64,000 nt of DNA, taken from contig CBDCYI010000005.1 of the NCBI GenBank assembly GCA_965224085.1, forward strand, positions 512,001 through 576,000, read 5' to 3'. Below the pieces are notes generated by a model. It was not told the DNA's origin and searched no databases. It saw only the letters and a list, made by a program, of their open reading frames with translations. A program made the position numbers and the translations under genes. The stretch comes from Candidatus Marinacidobacterales bacterium (GTDB taxonomy: Bacteria; Acidobacteriota; Vicinamibacteria; Marinacidobacterales; SMYC01). Below, in pieces: positions 39,607 through 47,734 of the stretch (within the stretch, counting starts at the first letter, position 1; each line of letters starts with the position of its first letter).

Positions 39607-39789
39607 ACGTCCACCTAGATTCGAGGGTCTCTCAGGGACTATTCGACTCGAAATGTGTTAACGGCCACGCGTTGGGAGCTTGGAAGGAATTCCATGCCAA
39701 CAAATGATTGTATTCGCCACCAGCAAAAGGTGTCAAGGCTCGAAAACGTTCGAAAACGCTCACCCAACTCATTGAAAAAAGGAGCCGTG

Positions 39790-40722
39790 TCACGGCTCGG
39801 GGACCGGGTGAGCGATCGCGTTCTCGGAGAGAGCCGCCAGGGCGGAAAGAGCCTCCTCGCGAAGAACGAGATTGGCGTGCGCGTCCGCCACTTCCTGAAG
39901 TTTCGCGGTCAACGTCTCGCCACCGACGATCGCCACCGCCTGTATGGCGCTCTGGGTAGCGAGGAGCTTTTGCGACCGGTCCATATCCGTGAGCCCTTCG
40001 AGAAACGGCTCGTCCAGCATCTGCAGAAGTTGCGCCTCTCCGGAGGTGTCGTGAAGCTGCGCGAGCGCAACTGCCGCATTCCAGGACACGTCGCGCTCGC
40101 GATCGGAGAGCGCCACTCGAAGCCGCGGGACCGCTTTATCGTCGCCCAGTGCGCCCAGAGCGTAGACCGCCATCTTCCGCACGCCGGCATCGCTATCCCC
40201 GACCAGCTCGAGGACAGGATCGAGGGCCCGCGCGTCGCCAATCGAGCCGAGTGCCCACACCGAATACAGCCGCGTGCTCGGCTCGTCGTCGCCGAGTGCA
40301 GCGACGAGCGCCGGAACCGCGGACGGATCGGCGAGATGCCCCAGGGACAGAGCAAGATAGTGCCGCACTCTAGGGTCGTCCTTCTCGGCTTCCTCGAACG
40401 CAAGGACCATCTCTCGTACGAGGCCTTCCATCCGGCGCTTCTCGTCGTCCATCGTGATGATCTTGGAGAGCTCGAAAGCAGCCTGCCAGCGCCGGTTCGC
40501 GCTGCCGGCGCGCACCTCGTTCAGATAGTCGACACCCGTTTTCTCATCCGATACCAGCCAGGCAAAGAAGACGAAGACACCCACACATGAAGCGACCACG
40601 AAAGCGGGGACGACGAAGAACTGCAGCGCCGTCCTCCCGAAATCGAGGTCGTCGTCGAGCTCCGGCGGTGCCGGTGAGGACTCGGGAGGGTTTACGGTGG
40701 GCGCTTTCTCGTCTTCCGTCAT
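39790..40722 (-). CDS. HEAT-repeat membrane protein
   Basis: N-terminal TM; repeated VR..A..ALG.LGD..AVP.L. Confidence 0.8.
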   Translation of the reverse strand: MTEDEKAPTVNPPESSPAPPELDDDLDFGRTALQFFVVPAFVVASCVGVFVFFAWLVSDEKTGVDYLNEVRAGSANRRWQAAFELSKIITMDDEKRRMEGLVREMVLAFEEAEKDDPRVRHYLALSLGHLADPSAVPALVAALGDDEPSTRLYSVWALGSIGDARALDPVLELVGDSDAGVRKMAVYALGALGDDKAVPRLRVALSDRERDVSWNAAVALAQLHDTSGEAQLLQMLDEPFLEGLTDMDRSQKLLATQSAIQAVAIVGGETLTAKLQEVADAHANLVLREEALSALAALSENAIAHPVPEP

Positions 40723-40776
40723 TATTATTGGGGCGCCATCTTATCCCGACCCGCCAACAGATCAAAACTCTAGATA

Positions 40777-42460
40777 GTACCCGTCCTGGCGGACGTAAGA
40801 GGTTGAGAAAAAGGGAGTAATCGCAAATTTAGGGCTAGTCTTCTGAGGGGTTGTCGCTTAGAATCGAAGTCGTCAAAAACAAGAGTCTAAACGACTTAAC
40901 TCCAAAGGAGACCAGCCCTAAATGCGAAAAACAATCATTCCACAACCAAGCCTATGCGAGCCCTGGCTGGAGGTGGAGCACGCGCGCGAACTCGAAGCGA
41001 TCTCGTCGGTGCTCGATGCCCATCCTAAGCTCAATGAGCTGGTACTGCAAGACCTGAGGTCGGTCACCCCATCGGCAGGGAGCGATGTTGGTCGTGGGGG
41101 AATGAGCGCGGAGCAGGTTCTCCGGGCGTTGTTGGTCAAGCAGCTGAATCAGTTCACCTATCGGGAGCTGGCGTTTCACTTGGCAGACTCTCGAAGCTAT
41201 CGGACGTTTTGCCAGCTCGGCATCATAGAGCCGAGCCCGTCGAAGTCGACCCTAGCAGCAAACATCAAAGCCGTGAAGTTCGAAACGCTGGAGAAAATCA
41301 ACCGAGAGTTGGTGAGTGTTGCCGAGAAGACCGCGATCGAAAAAGGAAGAAAAGTACGAGTGGACTGCACGGTAGTGGAGTCGAATATTCATTCTCCTAC
41401 GGACTCCGAGCTTCTTTATGACTGCGTCCGAGTTCTCACTCGCCTCATGTGCCGAACTCGCGAACTGCTGGGTACAGTAGTGGTCTTCGGCAATCGAACG
41501 CGTCGAGCGAAGAGACGTCGACTGGGAGTTCTAAACGCGAAGGATAAGGAACAAAGGCGTCGCGTCTATCGAGATCTACTGAAGGTGTCGGAAGAAACCT
41601 ATCGCTCCGCTCAACGCGTTGCAGACCAGTTGGACGAGTCCGGCTTGACCGAGCCGGTGAAGCGAGCGAGTGCGGAGAAGATCGCCGCGGATTTTAAGCA
41701 CTTTCTCGTCCTCACCGAAAAAGTCATCAACCAAACTCGGCGTAGAGTGATTGATGAAGAGCGTGTGCCTGCGGAGGAAAAGGTCGTTTCGATCTTCGAA
41801 GAACACACCGACATTATTCGCAAAGACCGGCGCGAGACTCTCTACGGTCACAAGGTGTGTTTGACTGGTGGCTCGTCCTCGATGATTTTGGATTGCGTGA
41901 TCTTGGATGGGAATCCGTCCGATTCAACTCTCGCGGAAACCATGATCGACCGTCAAGTCGAACTCTACGAACGGGCCCCGCGCCAGGTTGCCTACGATGG
42001 CGCGTTTTCTTCAAAGGCAAACTTGGAAGCCATCAAAGGCAAGGGAGTTGAAGATGTTGCCTTTACCAAGGCTCACTTCGCGGTGACCGATATGGTCAAG
42101 AGTTCCTGGGTCTATCAACGCCTACGGCGATTTCGCTGCGGAATCGAAGGCGTCATTTCGTTCTTGAAACGAGTCTTTGGTCTCGACCGATGCACATGGC
42201 GCTCATTGCCTTCTTTCAAATCCTACGTATGGAGTTCCATCATCACCTGCAACCTGTTGGTAATGGCAAGGCACCTATTACGATAATAATGATTACTCTT
42301 ACTGCGTTTATAGCCATGGATTGCTGACGATTCGCCTCTCGTTTCGTCCAAGATTTTCATTCGCTTCCGAGCCTACGAGGTGCCGACTGAAAACGTATAA
42401 TACCCACATCTTCGATAGGCCTCTCGTACACCACAAGTTATGGTGTTTCTGGACAGGAAC
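40777..42460 (+). mobile_element. ISNCY-like insertion sequence with 6-bp target duplication
   Basis: TAGATA at 40771-40776 and 42461-42466; imperfect terminal IRs GTACCCGTCC / GGACAGGAAC (8/10). Confidence 0.78.
40922..42286 (+). CDS. DDE transposase (ISNCY-like)
   Basis: GRGGMSAEQVLR, RVDCTVVESNIH.PTDS, KVVSIFEEHTDII, YDGAF, FRCGIEGVISFLKR.FGL. Confidence 0.9.
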   Translation: MRKTIIPQPSLCEPWLEVEHARELEAISSVLDAHPKLNELVLQDLRSVTPSAGSDVGRGGMSAEQVLRALLVKQLNQFTYRELAFHLADSRSYRTFCQLGIIEPSPSKSTLAANIKAVKFETLEKINRELVSVAEKTAIEKGRKVRVDCTVVESNIHSPTDSELLYDCVRVLTRLMCRTRELLGTVVVFGNRTRRAKRRRLGVLNAKDKEQRRRVYRDLLKVSEETYRSAQRVADQLDESGLTEPVKRASAEKIAADFKHFLVLTEKVINQTRRRVIDEERVPAEEKVVSIFEEHTDIIRKDRRETLYGHKVCLTGGSSSMILDCVILDGNPSDSTLAETMIDRQVELYERAPRQVAYDGAFSSKANLEAIKGKGVEDVAFTKAHFAVTDMVKSSWVYQRLRRFRCGIEGVISFLKRVFGLDRCTWRSLPSFKSYVWSSIITCNLLVMARHLLR

Positions 42461-42469
42461 TAGATAACC

Positions 42470-44290
42470 TCAAAGACTCGGGCTTGCCTCGACGAAGCCT
42501 TGGCGAAGTCGGGCGATTTCCTGGTCTTTGTACTGCAGCTGATAGAGCTTGTAGTAGATGCCACGCTCGGCAAGAAGCTCCTGATGGGTGCCCACCTCCC
42601 GAACCCGCCCTTTGTGAAGCACAACGATACGATCGGCTCGTTGGATGGTCGAGAGGCGGTGGGCGATCACGATACTCGTTCGGTTCTCGAGCAAGCGCTC
42701 GAGCGCTTCACGGACCAGGATCTCTGTGTGGGTATCGACGTTCGACGTCGCTTCGTCGAGAATCAGGATCTTGGGATCGTGGACGAGGGCGCGCGCGAAA
42801 GAAACGAGTTGTTTCTGCCCCGCGGACATCGAGGCGCCCCGCTCCGCGACTTCCTCGTCGAGACCACGCGGCAGCGTCGCCACCCACTCGTTCAAATTGA
42901 CGACGCGGGCGGCCTCGGCGACGGCTTCATCCGAGATGGACTGGTCCCCGAGGCGAATGTTCGACGCGATGGTCCCCGAGAACAAATGGACGTCCTGAAG
43001 AACCATCCCGAACTGCCGTCGTAGCTTCTTCAGATCCCAGTCGCGCACGTCCACGTCGCCCACAACCACCTGTCCCTTTTGGGCATCATAGAGACGCATG
43101 AGCAGGCTCGTGAGCGTCGACTTCCCAGCGCCAGTATGCCCTACGACCGCGACCGTCTCACCCGGACGGACGGTGAGATCGACGTCTTTCAAGACCCAAT
43201 CCTCACCGTCATAGGCGAATGAAACGTTATCGAAACGGATGTTTCCATCGTCGCGCCCCGCTGCGACGATATTAGATGGCGTGGCAGGGGTTCGAATCTC
43301 GACTTCGGTATCGAGAAGATTGAAGATGCGCTCCGAAGACGCCATCGCGCCTTGCAGTATGTTGAATTTCTCCGAAAGATCGCTAATGGGGCGGAAGAAC
43401 TTCTCCGAGTATTGGATGAACGCGACGAAGCCGCCGAGCGTCAGAGTCCCGAGAAGGAGTTGTCCGCCGCCGTACCAAACGATGAGTCCAATAGCGACGG
43501 CGCTCAAGACTTCCACGACCGGGTAAAAAATCGAGTAGTGAAGGATGGACTCGATATTGGCTTCCGTGTGCTGCCGGTTGAGCTCACTATATTGGCCGAA
43601 CTTGCGCTCTTCCTGACCAAAGAGCTGCACGACCTGCATCCCGACGATGTTCTCCTGGATGAAGGCATTCAGCATGGCGACACGGGTGCGCACTTTGCGG
43701 TAAACCGCCCGAACCCGCCGTTTAAAAATCATCGTCACCACGAAGAGCGCAGGGAGCACCGCGAAAGTCACGAGCGCGAGCTTCCAATCGATGTAGACGA
43801 GGACACCCATAATGCCGAGCAACATGAAGAAATCGCCGAAGATGGTGACGACGCCCGAGGTGAAGAGCTCGTTGAGAGCATCCACATCGGTGGTGACGCG
43901 CGTCACGAGACGCCCCACAGGGTTGCGGTCAAGAAATGACGATTGGAGCTTCTGCAAGTGCGAGAAGATCTCGCGTCGCATATCGGCCAGCACGCGTTGG
44001 CCGGCCAGGTTCATGATGTAGATTTGGAAATATGAGGCAACGAATTGGAGGGCGAGCGCGAGAACGTAGACAGCAGCTATCGTGTTGAGCCCAGACAGGT
44101 TACCGACCGCGATGTAATCGTCGATGGCGATTTTGGTGAGGATGGGGCCGACGAGCTTGAGTGCGGAAGCGACGAGAACCAAGACGAAGGACACCACGAC
44201 CCGAAGCTTGTACGGCCCGAGATAGGCCAAGAGACGGCGCATCAAGCGGCCGTCATATACTTTGCCTAGGGTCTGTTCTTCATTCAGCAT
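42470..44290 (-). CDS. ABC exporter, fused permease/ATPase (MdlB-like half)
   Basis: Six TM segments; GHTGAGKS, degenerate signature MSAGQKQ, LDEATS, IAHRLSTI. Confidence 0.92.
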   Translation of the reverse strand: MLNEEQTLGKVYDGRLMRRLLAYLGPYKLRVVVSFVLVLVASALKLVGPILTKIAIDDYIAVGNLSGLNTIAAVYVLALALQFVASYFQIYIMNLAGQRVLADMRREIFSHLQKLQSSFLDRNPVGRLVTRVTTDVDALNELFTSGVVTIFGDFFMLLGIMGVLVYIDWKLALVTFAVLPALFVVTMIFKRRVRAVYRKVRTRVAMLNAFIQENIVGMQVVQLFGQEERKFGQYSELNRQHTEANIESILHYSIFYPVVEVLSAVAIGLIVWYGGGQLLLGTLTLGGFVAFIQYSEKFFRPISDLSEKFNILQGAMASSERIFNLLDTEVEIRTPATPSNIVAAGRDDGNIRFDNVSFAYDGEDWVLKDVDLTVRPGETVAVVGHTGAGKSTLTSLLMRLYDAQKGQVVVGDVDVRDWDLKKLRRQFGMVLQDVHLFSGTIASNIRLGDQSISDEAVAEAARVVNLNEWVATLPRGLDEEVAERGASMSAGQKQLVSFARALVHDPKILILDEATSNVDTHTEILVREALERLLENRTSIVIAHRLSTIQRADRIVVLHKGRVREVGTHQELLAERGIYYKLYQLQYKDQEIARLRQGFVEASPSL

Positions 44291-44316
44291 TCAACACTCA
44301 GGAATATCAAACCGTT

Positions 44317-46053
44317 CTAGATGCGGTTGAGCTCCTCCTCTAGTAGTTGCTTTTCGTACAGGCTGGCGTATAGGCCTCCGTGTTCTATCAGGTGTTCGTG
44401 GGTTCCTCTTTCGACGATTTGACCTTCGTCCAAGACGCAGATTTGGTCGGCGCCTTTTACAGTGCTGATGCGGTGAGACACCAATAACGTCGTTCTTGAT
44501 TTCATTACGCTGCTCAGCTGCGACAGGATGCGTTCTTCGGTCTCGGTGTCGACCGCCGACAAAACGTCGTCGAGAATCAGGATCGGAGGGTCGACGAGAA
44601 GCGCCCTTGCGATCGTGGCACGTTGGCGCTGGCCGCCCGATAAAGTGATGCCGCGCTCACCGACCATCGTGGCGTAGTCGTCCGGAAAATCGGCGATATC
44701 GCCGTCGAGGCCCGCTAAGGTCGCGGCTTCCGCTATCTGGTTATCGCTGACTTCGGCGCGGCCGAAAGCGATGTTCTCTCCGACACTTTCGGAGAAAAGA
44801 AAGCTTTCCTGCGGGACGAAGCCGACCGCGCACCGGAGTGCTTTGAACGAGAGGCGTCGCACGTCGTTGCCGTCGACGAGGACGGCGCCGTCCGTCACGT
44901 CGTAGAGCCTTGCGACGAGCCGGGTCAACGTGCTCTTGCCAGAGCCGGTGCGCCCAACGAACGCCACCGTTTGCCCAGGCTCGATAACGAGATTGATGTC
45001 GCGCAGCACGCGACCGCCATTGCCATCCCCTGCATAGCTGAAGCTCACCTCCCGGAACTCAATGCGGCCCGAGACAGGCTCTTCGAATCGCTCGGGGCCA
45101 TCGCGCAATACGGGCTCTTCGTCGAGAATGGCCGTGAGCCTCTTCATCGACGCGGCCCCGCGCTGATAGATATTGACGACCCAGCCAAGGGCGATCATCG
45201 GCCAACTCAGCATGTTGAGATAGGCGAAAAACGCGACGAGCCCGCCGAGTGTGATCTCCTCGTTCACAACCATAGCTCCACCCCACCAGAGAACGAGCGC
45301 GGTCCCGATGCCAATGAGCGAGGCGAGCAGAGGATGGAAAGCGCCGGAGAGCTTCACGAGCCGCATGATGCGCGCAAAATAGTCCTCGTTCTCGTCCGCG
45401 AACAGTCTGCGCTGGTGATCCTCCTGCGCATAGGCTTTCACAACACGCGTTCCAGACAAATTCTCCTGCGTGAGCGCCGAGATATCGCTCATCTTTTCTT
45501 GAATGGACACGAAGCGTTTGTGGATCGCAGAGCCGAATTTCTTCACCGCGTAAGAAATGAGCGGTAGGACAGCGAGTGCTATGAGGGTGAGCTTCCAGCT
45601 GATCGCGAGCATGAAGCCGAGCGCGCCAACGATGACGATAAGCGTTTCGGCCGGGTACATGATGCCAGGGCCGACCACCATGCGCACAGCGCTGATGTCG
45701 TTCGCAGCGCGTGACATCAAGTCGCCGGTGCGCCAACGCTGGTAAAAGGACGAGCTCAAACTCTGCAGGTGCTCGAAATAATCTCCGCGAAGGTCGTACT
45801 CGACGCGGCGGGAAACGCCGATAAGAAGACGCCGCATCCAGAAACGAAAGAACCCTCCGAAAACGGCAAGCGCTACGATGATACTGGCGTAGAAGGCAAG
45901 CTTCTGCACCGTGACGGCGACGGTGAGGTCGTCGATCGTCAGCCTGAGCACTTGCGGCGTAAGAACCGACGCGGTTTTCGTAAGGACGAGCGCTATCATC
46001 CCGAAAACCATTGCTCTCGGGTAGCGCGCGATATAGGGGAAGAGGCGGCTCAT
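44317..46053 (-). CDS. ABC exporter, fused permease/ATPase (MdlA-like half)
   Basis: TGDLMSR; GRTGSGKS, LSGGQRQR, degenerate Walker B LDDVLSAVD, SHRIST. Confidence 0.92.
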   Translation of the reverse strand: MSRLFPYIARYPRAMVFGMIALVLTKTASVLTPQVLRLTIDDLTVAVTVQKLAFYASIIVALAVFGGFFRFWMRRLLIGVSRRVEYDLRGDYFEHLQSLSSSFYQRWRTGDLMSRAANDISAVRMVVGPGIMYPAETLIVIVGALGFMLAISWKLTLIALAVLPLISYAVKKFGSAIHKRFVSIQEKMSDISALTQENLSGTRVVKAYAQEDHQRRLFADENEDYFARIMRLVKLSGAFHPLLASLIGIGTALVLWWGGAMVVNEEITLGGLVAFFAYLNMLSWPMIALGWVVNIYQRGAASMKRLTAILDEEPVLRDGPERFEEPVSGRIEFREVSFSYAGDGNGGRVLRDINLVIEPGQTVAFVGRTGSGKSTLTRLVARLYDVTDGAVLVDGNDVRRLSFKALRCAVGFVPQESFLFSESVGENIAFGRAEVSDNQIAEAATLAGLDGDIADFPDDYATMVGERGITLSGGQRQRATIARALLVDPPILILDDVLSAVDTETEERILSQLSSVMKSRTTLLVSHRISTVKGADQICVLDEGQIVERGTHEHLIEHGGLYASLYEKQLLEEELNRI

Positions 46054-46100
46054 TTTGGCAAAGCGCTGAAGAAACCAGTATAGCGCTTCGCCAGCAATCC

Positions 46101-46130
46101 GCATGCATGCACGCACGCATGCATGCATGC
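46101..46130. repeat. GCAT/GCAC tetranucleotide tract
   Basis: GCATGCATGCACGCACGCATGCATGCATGC, flanked by AGCAATC at 46093-46099 and 46131-46137. Confidence 0.8.
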
Positions 46131-46168
46131 AGCAATCAGGGTTCAGGACCGTGTTTCGGTGTTGTTCT

Positions 46169-47734
46169 CTACTTTGTTAGGGTGAAGCGGAAGCGGACTA
46201 CGTTCGTGGTTTTGGCGGGGACTCGGAAGACCACATGTCTTTGGTCTAGGGTTAGGACTTCGCCGCTTTCTATTCTTAGGGTGCCTGGGATCAGGTTCCG
46301 GGTGGTTTGGAAATTGAAGTGCCAGCGGCCAGGGTCGATGGGTTGAGTCAGGAGGCGGGCTTCTACGATGTTTTCGCCAGGTCGGGCGGTCAGGTGGTGT
46401 TGGTGCGGTGTGGTCCCACTCGTGGTTTCGGCGGTAGAGTCGTTTAGCGATATTTGGGCGCGTTGAGTTTGGTTGCCTTTTGGGAGCTCTAGGTGGCTCG
46501 TGAACGAGACTTCGGTGCGTTTTGTTCTCGACTCTGTTGCGGCGACGCTTTGGCCTTCGACCACGATGAACTGCGTGGTCGTGTCTTGCCTTCCCTCTCC
46601 GTTGGTCACGGTCAGTCTCACGCCGTAGATGTCGGGCTTTGCGAATTGTCGTGAGACAAAGACGCCTTCGGCGCCCGGACGGCCATCACCGAAGTCCCAC
46701 TCATAATTCGTGATCGCTGAGGCGCCACCGTCACGATCGCCAACCGAGCACTCCCCATTGAAGTTGATGGACTCGTTGGCCGCGATCCGTGGGGGGTCTG
46801 GCGTCGGGGTGAAACAGGCGACGGGAGTCGCGCGCACGCGGACGACGCGTGAGGTGTTGTCGGTTCTTTGTCCCTCGCTCACCGTGAGCCGGACCGAGTA
46901 GATCCCTCCCGGCCGAAAGAGATGCTCCACGCTCGAGCCCGTTGCGGTCTGCCCGTCTCCGAAATCCCAGGTGTAGGCCATAACACTCGCCGGCGTGGTG
47001 CACGATGCGTCGAAGAGGATCGTTTCTCCGGACTCGATATCCGGGATCGGGTCGGGCGTGAAACAAGCTCGAATCGCGCCGGGAGGTTCGGGTGTTGCTC
47101 CGCCATCCTGCGGTGACTCTTCTCCGGCGATCACGAGCGCAGCCACACCCGCCCCCGCGCCGGCAGCCGCAAGGACGCCTAGCGTCGTGCCAGACCACGT
47201 GCCACCCGCTCGAATCCCGTCGGAGCTGAAACCGTTCGGGAACTCGCTCTGATCGCTCGCCGTGCGTTCGACGCGAACGTCGTCGGTGACCGCGCTCGGG
47301 GCGGTTCGGGCGCCGGGGCAGCCCCCCATCAACACGTTGACCATGTGTACCGGCGACTGAAATTCGGGCGCGCTCGACTCAATAACATAGAGGACACGGG
47401 CGGCCTCGGGAAACGGCTTGGGAAGAGCGACTTGAAACAAAGCCCCGCTTGGAGGCCGGAACACGACCTCGTACCAACCTGAGTCCGTCTCCGCCTTGAA
47501 TCGAACTTTGAGTCCGCGAATCACCCGCGCCGCTTCCGCACTCGACGTCCGAGCTTCGATCAGCGGAAACGCTTCGGTATCCATGCACGGGGCGGGGCTG
47601 TGCTCGATCGGCTGCGCGAAGCTCGGTGAGCCTGCGGCCAAGAGAGCGACACTGAGGGTCACTAGGGTGATTCTGGGCGAAGCCGCGGTCAAGAGAGCGA
47701 CACCGGTAAGGGGCACTAGGGTGATTCTTGCCAT
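46169..47734 (-). CDS. Secreted PKD-domain protein
   Basis: Two PKD repeats (FDAS...YTWDFGDG...H...G.Y.VRLTV; YEWDFGDG...YGVRLTVTN); signal peptide. Confidence 0.82.
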   Translation of the reverse strand: MARITLVPLTGVALLTAASPRITLVTLSVALLAAGSPSFAQPIEHSPAPCMDTEAFPLIEARTSSAEAARVIRGLKVRFKAETDSGWYEVVFRPPSGALFQVALPKPFPEAARVLYVIESSAPEFQSPVHMVNVLMGGCPGARTAPSAVTDDVRVERTASDQSEFPNGFSSDGIRAGGTWSGTTLGVLAAAGAGAGVAALVIAGEESPQDGGATPEPPGAIRACFTPDPIPDIESGETILFDASCTTPASVMAYTWDFGDGQTATGSSVEHLFRPGGIYSVRLTVSEGQRTDNTSRVVRVRATPVACFTPTPDPPRIAANESINFNGECSVGDRDGGASAITNYEWDFGDGRPGAEGVFVSRQFAKPDIYGVRLTVTNGEGRQDTTTQFIVVEGQSVAATESRTKRTEVSFTSHLELPKGNQTQRAQISLNDSTAETTSGTTPHQHHLTARPGENIVEARLLTQPIDPGRWHFNFQTTRNLIPGTLRIESGEVLTLDQRHVVFRVPAKTTNVVRFRFTLTK

